The translations under genes and the position numbers were made by a program. Source: Arcanobacterium sp. (lineage in GTDB: Bacteria > Actinomycetota > Actinomycetes > Actinomycetales > Actinomycetaceae). Taken from it: a stretch of 64,000 bases of DNA. The DNA is taken from NCBI GenBank assembly GCA_022783665.1, contig JALFZJ010000052.1, positions 1,539-65,538 on the forward strand, in the 5' to 3' direction. The notes below the pieces were generated by a model that was not told the DNA's origin, did not search any database, and worked only from the letters and a program-made list of their open reading frames with translations. This document shows, one piece after another, positions 35,416 to 46,593 of this stretch (positions within the stretch are counted from its first letter, which is position 1; each line of letters opens with the position of its first letter).

Positions 35416-38400
35416 CTACTTCCTGAGCGATGCTTGCGCATCGGCATACTTTTGCATGAACAGATGCGTGATCTCTTGTTCACTGAGATCGCCAGCTCTT
35501 ACCTCGCGCCGGCGTGGATCGCTTTCTCCCAAAAACACAAAGTAGGCGCTAATATCACTCAGAGCAATGCCTTCATCGCGGTGCGCATGATGCCAGGCAA
35601 GCCGATATAACCCAAGCTGGAGTTCGCGAGCTTTCAGCTGTTTGCTCGTTGGCCGCCGCCCCGTCTTCCAATCAACGATTGTTACTCGCGTTGCCCCTTT
35701 CACTCCAGAGGTATCAAATACGGCATCGAGCACACATCTCACTGGTTTATCTCCTACCTTCACTTCAATTGCTTGCTCGATGGCAAGAGCAGGATATGCG
35801 GCAAATCTTGACTGAATAAATGCGTCATACAGCGCATCTTCACGGCCACTCAGGCTGGCTTCAGCACGAGCCGTATGGAGACGCACACTGTTGCGATCCT
35901 CATCAACTTCATCGCTGGAGAGCCCGACGGCATCGGTATCTATGTCGAGCGTAAGGGCAGCATCGAATGTGTTAGCGATGCGGGTGTGGACTCGCGTACC
36001 AAGCGCAGCCTCCATCAGCGGCTCACGCGGTATTGGGCGTACCTGATCGCGCGCGTACGTAGCAGGATCGCTCATAAGCGAGACAACGCCTGAAGCAGTC
36101 ACATATTGGCCAAGATCAGGCAGCTCGTCAGTGGCGTCACCTGTTAGTCGATCGATATAGTCCTGAGTTCTCGACTCGAGACCTTGCCAGTACTCGGGCA
36201 TGAGCTCCGGCTCGTTGAGCGTATCATGTGTTTCTGTAGGCAGATCACTGTCGAGCTTGCGGTCTATATCGTCGGGCCACCGCAACAATTCGCTCTCGGC
36301 GGTATCGTATATGGCAATTGGTGAATCATTGGCGTCAGTATCTTCACCATTGCCCAGCCACTGTGCAAGTTCGGTAGTATCTGAATCCATATTGTTCAGC
36401 GTTGGCGGATTATCCTGGTCCTCCACAACGATTCTTTCGTACCTCTCTCCCAGCACAGCCCGTATGTTATCGAGGAAATGGTGGCTGCGCACATAACGAG
36501 ATATGTCGTCGGCAAGATTATTGCCACCATCGCGTAAGTATTGATTATGCGCAGCGAGGAACTCCTCCGCCTGAGCACGATCTTTGAAATCGTATGTGCC
36601 TAGAATGAGCAATGATCGCGGGCGCGTAACGGCTACGTACAAAAGCCGGCGCAACTCCGAGTTTTGATACGAAACGAGCCGCGTACGCGTTTCGAAGAAC
36701 ATCCTACTTGCCGCTTCAGCAGCTAGCTCAGCTGTAACGCCTTGGCTTGCTCCAGCATCATGCCGCGAGAGGAATTCTTGGGCACTGAAATAAGGCACAT
36801 AATGCGCATCTACGCGAAGCGGCGTGGGAAAGGTTTTCACATGCGTATTCCACACATCTTTGCCTCGGCCAGTTGTGAGATCAAAGTCGTTTTCAACGAG
36901 TCTAGGCACAACAACAAAATCCCACTCCAGGCCTTTTGCTTTATGCACAGTTAGCACCTGCACGACTCCGTGCTCGGGTTCTACATCGATCCCAGGGAGA
37001 TCGCCAGGAATCGCATCGGCTGAGGATTCTTCCTCCCCGCCATGCTCTTTAGCCTCAACGGCGTCAATCCACTCAAGAAAGTCAGGAAGCCCTCTCGCCT
37101 GCGCATCGTCCTCATAATACTGAGCTGCCATCGCAATAAACGCGTCGATGGCGTTTTGCACGCGAGTCGCCCCGTGGCGGCGCGCAGCGATCAGAGCATC
37201 CAGACCCAGATATTCGGCAGCTCTCGATACGGTTTGGGCAAGGGGTAACTGCATGTCGCGCCGAACCTTGATGAGCATGCCTGCAATAGTGATAATTCGG
37301 CGTCGTGCCTGAACGGTCAGAGTGCTATCAAGATCTGGGTGCTCACGTACATAGTCAATCGCATCCACAAGGTTCGCAGCATACCGGCCATTGCTATCGC
37401 CCATATTGCGCGCAACACCCGAAAGAGCAGCGATATCTGCAGCGCCGATATTGTAGAAATGCATAAGATACATGAGGTACTGCCCACGCGCAGGAAAAGC
37501 CGCCACCTGCAACAAACTTTTGAGCGTATGTACCTCTGGATAGTCAAGAATCGATGTACCTACGAGGTTTTCGTATGGAAGGCCAACCTCTTTGAGGGCT
37601 TCAATGATTGGTTGCGCAAAGTCGTTCTTCCGAACGAGCACGGCAGCCGTAGGCCTCTCGTATGGCTTCCCCTGGGAGTTGTGCTGCCATGCCTTGTAAT
37701 GCTCATTAAACTCTCTCTTCAACAACCCGGCAATAGCCTCATCACTTTCTTCGCTCAGGTGACGGCGCACATGGATAATACGTCCACTCCCATTACTGGG
37801 TAGAGGAGATAGGGGCTCATGGGCTAATTCAGTTTCTACCTTGAAGCCGTTGTATTCACCCATCCATGGACGGTCAAAATCCTCATAGGATGACGGCAAT
37901 TGCGAGTCGTCAGTATTGTCTGCTCCGTAATAGTCACAGAGCACCCGATCGGCACTAGGATTTCCGTCGTATACGCCAGCGGGTAAAACAGAGTCAGCAT
38001 GATGCTCGGGCACATCTGTTACGGCATTGGCTACATCCAGGATTGCGCTACCATTCCTAAATGCTGTTGATAGATGATACTGGGCATCGCGGGTTACCTT
38101 GAAATCGCGCACGAAATCGTCAAGTGCGGCCGCGCTTGCACCACGCCAGCCATAAATCGCTTGAAATGGATCACCCACAGCACAGATAGAATCCACGCCA
38201 TCGAACGCGGCGTGCAAGAGTGCAGCTTGGTCGATAGATGTGTCTTGGTATTCATCGAGCAATATGAGTTTGTATCGCGATCTTAAGTCGTCTCCAATCG
38301 CTGGATTCTCTTGCAGTATTTGCTTAGCCCACGCAACTTGATCGGCAAATTCGATCAGCGAATGCTGCTCTTTGTACTCGAAATATCGGTCGACAACCTC

Positions 38401-39366
38401 AAGTACTGCACTGCGTTTGGGCATCGTGAGGAGCGAAGTCTTGAAATCGTTTTTGCCCTTCAAGGCTTCAGAACCGCTCCATGGCTCTGTTCTTCTACTG
38501 CTGTATGCATCGATGAGTGCAGTGAGCGCATCCGTTTCGCGGGCGATATACTCGCGTACTTGAGCAATCGTAATACCGTTGTTGATAATTGCGTCGGCTA
38601 AGGCCATCGCATTGGTAACGACGATAGATATTTTCATGCCATCAAATGGATCTTCATCACCATCTGGAACCTCCCATGCTTGCACAATCTGGGTAAGAAT
38701 TTGTGAACGCTCCGCGTCAGTAATCAGCCGAGACTGAGGATCTTTTCCGATCAGCATCGCGTACGACTGGGCTATCTGTGAGGCAAAGGCGTTGTATGTA
38801 GAAATCGTAGGAACTGCGAAATGTGCGTGGGCGGCGTCCGCTTCTCTGTGCCATGGATCATCGGCTTCACTCACAGCGCCTGGTATTGCTAGACCGCGAT
38901 TAATTGAACCCAGAGAATTACTCCTGCCCGTATGAGCACCCGTGGATAGTCCAAGGCTCAGTTGCGTTTGTGATAAACCGCTCGCACCACCATCGCCTCC
39001 ACGATCACCACGGTCTAAGGGAAGGGCACTATTATTCGTATCGCCAGCGTTACTAACCCTGCCGTGAACCTGCAAAGGACTCGACATGCCCATATTTCTC
39101 ATCGCCGCAAGCTGATCTTGCACACGTTCAGCCAGCTCTGCCGCTGCCTTGTTCGTAAACGTCAAGCCAAGGACTTCATCAGGATTGACCTGCCCCGAAA
39201 AGACTTTCCACGCGATGCGCAAGCTCATCGTATGCGTCTTCCCTGAGCCTGCGCCAGCTACCACAACCATTGCCGGATCGTCTGATCGAATGACCCGCTC
39301 CTGCTGTGGTGTTGGCCGATGATCCAATGAATCAACAAAGATCTGATACAGCGAATGCGTCGTCAT
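35416..39366 (-). CDS. adnB: ATP-dependent helicase-nuclease subunit AdnB (UvrD-like motor + RecB-type nuclease)
   Basis: Walker A AGAGSGKTHT, motif II LLDEYQDTS, and C-terminal nuclease motif IVDWKTGRRP. ATG 39366 forms an ATGA overlap with the adnA stop. Confidence 0.75.
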   Translation of the reverse strand: MTTHSLYQIFVDSLDHRPTPQQERVIRSDDPAMVVVAGAGSGKTHTMSLRIAWKVFSGQVNPDEVLGLTFTNKAAAELAERVQDQLAAMRNMGMSSPLQVHGRVSNAGDTNNSALPLDRGDRGGDGGASGLSQTQLSLGLSTGAHTGRSNSLGSINRGLAIPGAVSEADDPWHREADAAHAHFAVPTISTYNAFASQIAQSYAMLIGKDPQSRLITDAERSQILTQIVQAWEVPDGDEDPFDGMKISIVVTNAMALADAIINNGITIAQVREYIARETDALTALIDAYSSRRTEPWSGSEALKGKNDFKTSLLTMPKRSAVLEVVDRYFEYKEQHSLIEFADQVAWAKQILQENPAIGDDLRSRYKLILLDEYQDTSIDQAALLHAAFDGVDSICAVGDPFQAIYGWRGASAAALDDFVRDFKVTRDAQYHLSTAFRNGSAILDVANAVTDVPEHHADSVLPAGVYDGNPSADRVLCDYYGADNTDDSQLPSSYEDFDRPWMGEYNGFKVETELAHEPLSPLPSNGSGRIIHVRRHLSEESDEAIAGLLKREFNEHYKAWQHNSQGKPYERPTAAVLVRKNDFAQPIIEALKEVGLPYENLVGTSILDYPEVHTLKSLLQVAAFPARGQYLMYLMHFYNIGAADIAALSGVARNMGDSNGRYAANLVDAIDYVREHPDLDSTLTVQARRRIITIAGMLIKVRRDMQLPLAQTVSRAAEYLGLDALIAARRHGATRVQNAIDAFIAMAAQYYEDDAQARGLPDFLEWIDAVEAKEHGGEEESSADAIPGDLPGIDVEPEHGVVQVLTVHKAKGLEWDFVVVPRLVENDFDLTTGRGKDVWNTHVKTFPTPLRVDAHYVPYFSAQEFLSRHDAGASQGVTAELAAEAASRMFFETRTRLVSYQNSELRRLLYVAVTRPRSLLILGTYDFKDRAQAEEFLAAHNQYLRDGGNNLADDISRYVRSHHFLDNIRAVLGERYERIVVEDQDNPPTLNNMDSDTTELAQWLGNGEDTDANDSPIAIYDTAESELLRWPDDIDRKLDSDLPTETHDTLNEPELMPEYWQGLESRTQDYIDRLTGDATDELPDLGQYVTASGVVSLMSDPATYARDQVRPIPREPLMEAALGTRVHTRIANTFDAALTLDIDTDAVGLSSDEVDEDRNSVRLHTARAEASLSGREDALYDAFIQSRFAAYPALAIEQAIEVKVGDKPVRCVLDAVFDTSGVKGATRVTIVDWKTGRRPTSKQLKARELQLGLYRLAWHHAHRDEGIALSDISAYFVFLGESDPRRREVRAGDLSEQEITHLFMQKYADAQASLRK

Positions 39367-42300
39367 AAGAATATCCTTCCGCTTCCTTGCGCTGGGCACA
39401 TCCGGACAAAGGCACAGTTATCGCATGTGGCGGAATCCGGGTGAGCTACAAAGCTATTGCCACTACTCAAGCGCCCCGCAGTATCGATAAGATGAGTCAC
39501 GGTGTGCATCTGTGATGCAGGCAGTGCACTTTGCTTGTACGTGGGCATCTTTTTTGTGCCGACGCCAAGATATAGCAATTGCGCACCGTCAGATTTCGCA
39601 GGCACACTTTCCTCATGTGTTACGACTGCACCTCTATTGATTAACCACTGATACACCAGCAACTGGGGATGCTGCGCGAGTTGTGCACCTTTAGGGGGCG
39701 TCTTTCCTGTTTTGATATCCGTGACGAAGGCCGATTTCCCATCATTTGCTATCTCTACTCGATCCAGGCGGGCAGAAATGATGGATGCGCCGGTGTCTGC
39801 ACGAGCAGGCACCTCAACCAGTACGCTACCGTGAGTCTTCCTCACCATCTCGAAATACTTCGCTAGTATTACGAGCTGATCCTGCGCTTGTTTCTTCCGA
39901 CGCGCATCATCGAGTGTGTCATACCCAAACCCGAACGACTCCCATTGCGTCTCTAACGCAGCTTCTAGGTCGCCTAGAGTGCCGGAGGGATGCTGCTCGG
40001 CGATAGTGTGAATCAAATTGCCAAAATCAAGGTTTTGGCGAGCGTCATCATCATTTCCACCAGCATGCTCAAGGAAGTCCTTGAGCGGGCACGCAATGAT
40101 TCCAGCTACGCGGGATGGAGATACTCTAGGCTTTTGAGCTGTAATTGCTTGCGTGGTCGATGGTTCGAGATACGGTACCCATAGCGAGTCGTCTGCGACC
40201 GATATACCTGCATCTCGAAGGCGTTTAAGTTGCGCACCAGCGATGCTCCACTCCTTGCTCCCAGCGGGCACGCGACGCATGACCTGGTGGAGCTCGGCAA
40301 TGTAACTCTCCACGCTGCCTTCGCCGCTACTTGCGGGATTCGCCTCATGTTGAGCCACATCGTGCGTCACAATGCTCGTTACCTTACCCTGTGAAGTAAT
40401 CCAACGTAAGAATCGCGAAGGATTGCTCGTTTCACCGTCAACACAGGTAAAGATGACGCCTTGACGCGCCCTCGAAACCGATTGGAGCAGCATTCGCATC
40501 TCATCATCAATCACGTCTACTCGGCTCTGCTGCGCGCCTTGGCCTGGCGAACTTCCAAGCTGCATCCGAATGATTCGCTGCGTCAGTTCAGGAACATGCG
40601 TCAGCGGATTGCGCAACGCAGTATTTGGCCAGACCCCATCATTCATCTTCGCAATGAAAACATGCGACCATGTGCGGCCATTAACACCGTGTGGTGTTGT
40701 GAGAGTTACGGAATCGTCTGATGAGGACGCTCTCGCGATAGAGTCCTCAGGAAGATCTTGCTCTTCGACGTAGTCAACGAGCTTCTCCAGAGGCACGGAA
40801 CCTTGCGCCTGATCCTCTAGGCGTTGGGCCGTCCTAAACAACTGCATCATCGCGTCAAGATCGGCATTAGCGTGATCAGCGTCTCGACTACCCTCAAGAG
40901 CGATCTCACGCCAATCTTCGGCTACTCCGAGCGAATCCCAGATTTGCCACAGAGCTTGGCTCGCAGAAGCGGAGTGCTCGATAGCGCCACGAGTACCAGT
41001 AATAGCACGCACGAGACGATCTATCGTCTCTACCTTCGTGTAAATACTATTGTGCGGGTCAGTTACAATGCCCTCCACGATTGAGTTAATCGTGCGGCTG
41101 CCTCCATTTTTCACTTCCCAACCATGCAGTTGGCGTATTGCTCGGCGCCACTCGAGCGCATCGATTCCGAAAATCGGACTCATTGCTAGTCGCGCGAGAC
41201 GAGCAGCGTCAATCACCTCACCTTTCGCATCCCTGTGCACGGATGCAGATCGCTCGCCATCCTCCTCTTTAACTTGGGCACATCGAATGAGTTCAATAAT
41301 CGCATGGATGACGCGATTACTTCGTAAGGTTTGCGTCGCACCAAGAGGCGCAACCGGAATTCCGTGATTCATTAACGCGAGACGAAAAGCCTGCTGGCCC
41401 TGGCGAGAGCGCGTGATTACCGCCATTTCGCCGTACGGAACCTTGCCATGGAAATGCAACCAACGGAGCTTCGAAGCGATGAACGCAGTCTCTTCATGTT
41501 GATTAAGGAAAGCGTGAGCCTCGATGGGTTCCCCACCGCCGTGAGAGAGATCCACCTGTTCCACTGAACCGGCAAATACCGAATTGCGATGCCCCGCAGT
41601 GCCTGTAACATGAATAGCTGATGCCAATTCCTCACGTAGCTTCGTGAGTTCGTCTCCACCTCGGTACGTATGGCGGAGATAGACCGTGGCGGCCGAAATA
41701 CCGCCTTCACGCTCTTGGCGCGCTAAGAGCGCGGGCATCTGGGCTACCCCACCTCTATACGATTGCACAGCTTGATCGGGGTTACCGAAAACAACCACCC
41801 GCGATCCGCCAGCACGTAATTCTCGAAGCAAAGTGCGTAGAGCCAAAGTGGAATCTTGTACGTCGTCAACAAATACAGCGTCCCACTGTGGGCGCGGGAA
41901 GCCCAGCCTCATACCACTCGCATCGGGCTCATCGCGATCCCACATGCGTAAAGCTGCCGCCGCCCGTGTAATGAGACGTGCATGGTCTACCCTATCTGGA
42001 TTTTCACTCGATTGGGATGCCTCGGTGAGGAACGCTTTTTCATAGCGATCCATCACATCCGCACCCTGCACCCAAGCCTTCTCATGGAGTTCCTCGCCCA
42101 GATCTTGCAGATCGCGAGGGCTAAGCTCGAGTTCGGCCGCTCGAGTGATAAGATCACGGAACTCTGCTCGAAATGCCGGCATGCGGAGGGTCTGCTCGTC
42201 GAAACTTCCGCCGAACGATTCCAGACGAGTGAAGCCGCGAGCAAAAGTATCAAACAAGCTGCGCAAGAAAGCGTCTTGCTCTGGGCCAGATACGAGCTCG

Positions 42301-42701
42301 GGCAACCGGCGCATCCTGCGTTGCGCATCGTAGGATGCAATCGCGTAGGCAAAGGCTGTGATAGAACGAACCGTAACGTTTTCGCTTAATCCGCCCAACT
42401 GGACGGACAGCTCATTGCGTAACTGGTTGGCACTGCGCCTATCAGCGCACAATACAGCGATGCGAGAGCGCGGATGTTCATGAAGCATACTCTCCACGCA
42501 TACGCGCAGCAGTAAAGTCTTTCCTGATCCTGGAACTCCCACCACGCTAAGAGCTAGTGGACCCGATGGCGTTTGACGTTCCGAATCGGCCACACACCCA
42601 TTCATGAGCACAGCATCCAGCACTGCGCGTTGATACTCATCAAGCTCAATACCAGCGCTACCTGACGCCGAATCGCAATTGTGAGCCGCCGCCTCAACCA
42701 T
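39363..42701 (-). CDS. adnA: helicase-nuclease subunit AdnA
   Basis: GVPGSGKT, VFVDDVQDS, nuclease motif VTDIKTGKT and a terminal CDNCAFVRMC Cys cluster. Upstream of, and translationally coupled to, adnB. Confidence 0.7.
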   Translation of the reverse strand: MVEAAAHNCDSASGSAGIELDEYQRAVLDAVLMNGCVADSERQTPSGPLALSVVGVPGSGKTLLLRVCVESMLHEHPRSRIAVLCADRRSANQLRNELSVQLGGLSENVTVRSITAFAYAIASYDAQRRMRRLPELVSGPEQDAFLRSLFDTFARGFTRLESFGGSFDEQTLRMPAFRAEFRDLITRAAELELSPRDLQDLGEELHEKAWVQGADVMDRYEKAFLTEASQSSENPDRVDHARLITRAAAALRMWDRDEPDASGMRLGFPRPQWDAVFVDDVQDSTLALRTLLRELRAGGSRVVVFGNPDQAVQSYRGGVAQMPALLARQEREGGISAATVYLRHTYRGGDELTKLREELASAIHVTGTAGHRNSVFAGSVEQVDLSHGGGEPIEAHAFLNQHEETAFIASKLRWLHFHGKVPYGEMAVITRSRQGQQAFRLALMNHGIPVAPLGATQTLRSNRVIHAIIELIRCAQVKEEDGERSASVHRDAKGEVIDAARLARLAMSPIFGIDALEWRRAIRQLHGWEVKNGGSRTINSIVEGIVTDPHNSIYTKVETIDRLVRAITGTRGAIEHSASASQALWQIWDSLGVAEDWREIALEGSRDADHANADLDAMMQLFRTAQRLEDQAQGSVPLEKLVDYVEEQDLPEDSIARASSSDDSVTLTTPHGVNGRTWSHVFIAKMNDGVWPNTALRNPLTHVPELTQRIIRMQLGSSPGQGAQQSRVDVIDDEMRMLLQSVSRARQGVIFTCVDGETSNPSRFLRWITSQGKVTSIVTHDVAQHEANPASSGEGSVESYIAELHQVMRRVPAGSKEWSIAGAQLKRLRDAGISVADDSLWVPYLEPSTTQAITAQKPRVSPSRVAGIIACPLKDFLEHAGGNDDDARQNLDFGNLIHTIAEQHPSGTLGDLEAALETQWESFGFGYDTLDDARRKKQAQDQLVILAKYFEMVRKTHGSVLVEVPARADTGASIISARLDRVEIANDGKSAFVTDIKTGKTPPKGAQLAQHPQLLVYQWLINRGAVVTHEESVPAKSDGAQLLYLGVGTKKMPTYKQSALPASQMHTVTHLIDTAGRLSSGNSFVAHPDSATCDNCAFVRMCPAQGSGRIFL

Positions 42702-43024
42702 GATGCCTCCTCGATCTCACAGGCTAGTTCTAGGCTCCCTACGCCGGTTACCTCACGCCCGTGGCTATCAACGAAAGTGATGCGTTCCGTCTACACCCCT
42801 AGCATACAAGCGCCCATGCATGGGATTTTTTGGACGTTTTATGCTCCCTCCCAAGCCCCCTCCCAAAACTCCTTTCCCAGCGGCGTCTCCACACCATAAC
42901 CCAGCGCACAATGCATCACAATTCCACCAGTAATGAACGCCGCAGACGCAAATACTTCCACTGGGCAAACTTGAGTAGACTTGAAGGCAGAAACATCCAG
43001 CATATACACATGTGAGGAGTTACA

Positions 43025-43249
43025 TTGGAAATCACCCTCGGCATCCGTGACGCCGCTGCCCCACTTGCCCTCGACATTGATATGACTGCGGAGGAGCTCA
43101 CCGAGGCAGTGAACGCGGCACTCAATGATCAATCGACTCTTCAGCTTAAGAGCCACGATAATTCCACAGTGATCGTACCGGCTAACGCCATTGCTTATGT
43201 ACGCATCGCCAACAATGAGCAGCGCCGCGTAGGATTCGGCTTCGTCTAA
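43025..43249 (+). CDS. DUF3107-family small protein
   Basis: 74 aa. MEITLGIRD...IAYVRIANNEQRRVGFGF matches the actinobacterial DUF3107 pattern. TTG start after GAGGAG. Usual neighbour of the DEAD-box helicase. Confidence 0.7.
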   Translation: MEITLGIRDAAAPLALDIDMTAEELTEAVNAALNDQSTLQLKSHDNSTVIVPANAIAYVRIANNEQRRVGFGFV

Positions 43250-43499
43250 GGAACCCAAGGCACAAGCCCGCACAAAGCGCTTGCGCAAGATTGCCCGTGC
43301 ATAACACGCTAGACTACTACAGAAGCACGTGTTTGCTTCTCGGTAGGCTGGGCAATGCGCAACGCGCGGTTCTGATCGCACCGCGTGGCTCAACGCCTTC
43401 CCGCCTTTCCCGCGATTTCGCACGAACCGCTTCACCTGCGGCATACGGAGCATCCCACGCACCACCGCATATTATCCACTTCAACACGAAACGACACTT

Positions 43500-44906
43500 G
43501 TGAGCGAACTTCAACCTTCATCGACTATCAACGAATCGTCTATCCACAGCACGAACGAACCCGAACGCACGTTCGCCGATTTTGGCGTGAGCGAGCCGAT
43601 CGTCGCCGCTCTGAGCGATGCAGGGATCACGCACCCCTTTCCTATCCAAGCTCTCACTTTGCCGGTGGCGCTCAAAGGGGCCGACATCATCGGGCAGGCG
43701 AAAACCGGCACGGGGAAAACCCTCGGCTTCGGTATCCCCATGCTTGAAAAAGTGATCGGCCCTGATGAAGATGGTTGGGATCACCTTTCGCATCCTGGCC
43801 TCCCACAAGGAATCGTGGTTGTGCCGACGCGCGAACTTGCCAAGCAGGTTGCTCACGATTTGCGAACCGCGAGCGCAAAGCGAACCGTGAGAATAGTAGA
43901 CGTTTACGGCGGCAGAGCCTACGAACCACAAGTCGAATCCCTCAAAAAAGGAGCAGAAATCGTGGTGGGCACGCCTGGCCGACTCATCGATCTTATGCGC
44001 CACCATACTCTTAATCTCTCGCATGTGGGCACGGTAGTACTCGACGAAGCTGATGAGATGCTCGATTTGGGCTTTCTTGAAGACGTCGAAACCATCATTT
44101 CCGCTACGCCCGCACATAGGCATACGATGCTGTTTTCTGCCACAATGCCAGCGCAAGTTATCGCTATGGCGCGCCGTTACATGCGCAGACCCACCCATAT
44201 TCGCGCCCAAGATCCAGCCGATGAGTCCACAACGGTAGACGCCGTCTCGCAATTCGTGTATCGCTGCCACGAACTGAACAAAATAGAGGTACTGGCACGT
44301 ATTTTGCAGGCCCGCGGCCGTGGCCTCACGATTGTGTTCACCCAAACGAAACGCATGGCTGCTAATGTGGCTCATGATCTCAAAACTCGTGGTTTCGCTA
44401 CGGGGGCTTTACATGGCGATCTGGGGCAAGGTGCACGCGAGCAGGCTTTGAGAGCTTTCCGCCATGGCAAGATCGATGTGCTTGTAGCCACAGATGTGGC
44501 GGCACGTGGTATAGACGTCGAGAACGTCACCCACGTGATCAACTACCAGTGCCCTGAGGACGAGAAAACCTATATCCACCGTATCGGCCGCACGGCTCGC
44601 GCAGGGCATCACGGTACCGCAGTCACCTTCGTAGACTGGGAGGATCTTCCGCGGTGGTCCGTGATCAATAAGCAGCTCGACCTTGGTATGCCAGATCCGG
44701 TGGAAACGTATCATACATCTGATCACCTCTACACCGATCTTGATATCCCTCAAGGCGTTACCGGCAAACTCCCCAAGGAGCGGCGCACGCGTGCTGGCCT
44801 TGCCGCTGAAGCAATCGAAGATCTTGGCGAAACCGGCAAACGCCGCAAACGCAACCGGAGTACTAGAAGCAAAACTCGCCGCCCGCGCAAACGCATCCGT
44901 AAGTGA
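43500..44906 (+). CDS. DEAD-box ATP-dependent RNA helicase
   Basis: Q-motif region, AKTGTGKT, VLDEADEM, SAT and HRIGRTARAG motifs. Arg/Lys-rich C-tail. GTG start. Confidence 0.9.
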   Translation: MSELQPSSTINESSIHSTNEPERTFADFGVSEPIVAALSDAGITHPFPIQALTLPVALKGADIIGQAKTGTGKTLGFGIPMLEKVIGPDEDGWDHLSHPGLPQGIVVVPTRELAKQVAHDLRTASAKRTVRIVDVYGGRAYEPQVESLKKGAEIVVGTPGRLIDLMRHHTLNLSHVGTVVLDEADEMLDLGFLEDVETIISATPAHRHTMLFSATMPAQVIAMARRYMRRPTHIRAQDPADESTTVDAVSQFVYRCHELNKIEVLARILQARGRGLTIVFTQTKRMAANVAHDLKTRGFATGALHGDLGQGAREQALRAFRHGKIDVLVATDVAARGIDVENVTHVINYQCPEDEKTYIHRIGRTARAGHHGTAVTFVDWEDLPRWSVINKQLDLGMPDPVETYHTSDHLYTDLDIPQGVTGKLPKERRTRAGLAAEAIEDLGETGKRRKRNRSTRSKTRRPRKRIRK

Positions 44907-44987
44907 GCAATGTGGAACGGCGCTAACAAAGCACGGATACCTACGAATAGCTACCTGACGGCTCCGACGGCGTTGATACAGCGGCGT

Positions 44988-45602
44988 CTACACCGATTGA
45001 ATCACGGTGATCACACCGGTGATCATAAGCTGTGTAGCAATTGCTGCCAAAAGCATACCTGAAAGGCGCGTGAGCAACATGACGCCCGATGTGCCGAGCA
45101 TCCGCATAATCGGCGTAGCAAAATACATCGCAACCATCGAGACGCCGAGAACGCACACAAGAGCAAGGCATGCCGCCAGAACCAAGAGCGGCTTGCCATT
45201 AGCACGCTGAACGAAAAGCATAAACGCCACGATCGATCCTGGCCCTGCAAGCAGTGGCATTCCTAAGGGCACGGCAGCCACTTGCAATGCAGCACCTCGG
45301 GCTCCTGGGTCTTCCTCTTTGCCCGTCAAAAGCTGCAGCGCCACAAGGAGCAGCAGCAACCCGCCAGAAATCTGTAGTGCCTCAGGGGTAATACCCATCG
45401 CATCAAACAGCGCAAAACCGAAGAAGCCAAAAATGAGCAGGAGCGCTAGAGCAATCACATTGGCTTCAATCGCAACCCGGCGTCTCGTACGCCGATCATA
45501 GTGCGCGGTGAGCGACATAAACACTGGCAAATTGCCAAACGGATCGATAATCACAAAAAGCGTAGCGAACGCCGATCCAAACAGTGCGAGATCGAAACTC
45601 AC
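44988..45602 (-). CDS. MarC-family integral membrane protein (UPF0056)
   Basis: FVIIDPFGNLPVF signature and 6 TM helices. Confidence 0.75.
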   Translation of the reverse strand: MSFDLALFGSAFATLFVIIDPFGNLPVFMSLTAHYDRRTRRRVAIEANVIALALLLIFGFFGFALFDAMGITPEALQISGGLLLLLVALQLLTGKEEDPGARGAALQVAAVPLGMPLLAGPGSIVAFMLFVQRANGKPLLVLAACLALVCVLGVSMVAMYFATPIMRMLGTSGVMLLTRLSGMLLAAIATQLMITGVITVIQSV

Positions 45603-46456
45603 CTTGGGAATACCTCCATATACGTCCCGTCAATCAGTTCGCGGTACACACTTTCTGGCGTGGTGTTCTCCCCCAGCCGATTCGGCTTTCCCATTCCGTG
45701 GTAATCGCTCGCACCAAATGTACGTAATCCAAGCCTGCCAATCAACTTTGATAGGTTCTCACGCTCTGGCTCAGGGTTGTCTCTATGCCAGAGTTCCACC
45801 CCGAAGAGCCCTGCGTCAGCGAGGTCTACGATCGCCTCATCAGGCAGTGAGTTGCCTCGCGAAGCCGCCTTGGGGTGAGCAAGTACCGCTTTCCCTCCGG
45901 CGTCTATAATCCAGGAAATCGCTTCGATGGTAGACGGCGAGGGCGTGGGCACGTAATACGGCCCGTTGTGATTGAGTAACGTAGCGAAAGCGGCGGACCG
46001 ATTGGGTACAATGCCGAGCGAGACGAGCGCATCAGCGATATGCGGCCGCCCTACGGTTTGCGCATCTGGTGCATGTTCGACGACGCCCTCCCATGCGATC
46101 GGATAATCAGCTGAAAGTGCCTCCACAATCTGCTGTGCTCTGCGTGCACGCGCCTGCGCGAGCCGCTCAATATGCCCGGCGATGCCTGGGTGTTCGGCAT
46201 CGAAGAGATAGCCCAGCAAATGCACTGAGATTCCTGCATAGGTGGTTGTAAACTCCATGCCGCACACGAGGGTTAAGGGAGGCTCATTAGGGGAGATCTC
46301 ATCGAGCGCAGTGCGCGCTTCATTCCAGCCGCTCGTTGTGTCGTGATCGGTAATACCGAGCACGTCGATACCTGCTGCCCGTGCTGCTGCCACAAGTTCG
46401 CGGGGCTGATCGGTGCCGTCCGAGCGTGAAGAATGTGTATGCAAATCAATGAACAT
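45599..46456 (-). CDS. PHP-domain metal-dependent phosphoesterase (TrpH/YciV-like)
   Basis: MFIDLHTHSSRSDGTD start and ITDHDT motif. 4-nt overlap with marC. Confidence 0.75.
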   Translation of the reverse strand: MFIDLHTHSSRSDGTDQPRELVAAARAAGIDVLGITDHDTTSGWNEARTALDEISPNEPPLTLVCGMEFTTTYAGISVHLLGYLFDAEHPGIAGHIERLAQARARRAQQIVEALSADYPIAWEGVVEHAPDAQTVGRPHIADALVSLGIVPNRSAAFATLLNHNGPYYVPTPSPSTIEAISWIIDAGGKAVLAHPKAASRGNSLPDEAIVDLADAGLFGVELWHRDNPEPERENLSKLIGRLGLRTFGASDYHGMGKPNRLGENTTPESVYRELIDGTYMEVFPR

Positions 46457-46593
46457 TGGAACCCGATTTCTCTTGCACTAGTGCCACTTAGCTTTACGCT
46501 ACTACCCAACATTTTTACGCTACTGCTCAACGCACTCCGCCTAGCTTTTCGTAGCCTATACATTGTGGCGCCAGAAAGTGAAATAATGGTGAC

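Noticed and set aside
42813-42824. CCCATGCATGGG palindrome followed by a T-run as a terminator
   Set aside because: The stem is at most 4-6 bp with essentially no loop, and no upstream + strand gene would need termination there.
42839-43465. 208-aa minus-strand ORF
   Set aside because: It is antisense to the conserved DUF3107 gene and spans two intergenic regions. Its composition is atypical and no RBS is present.
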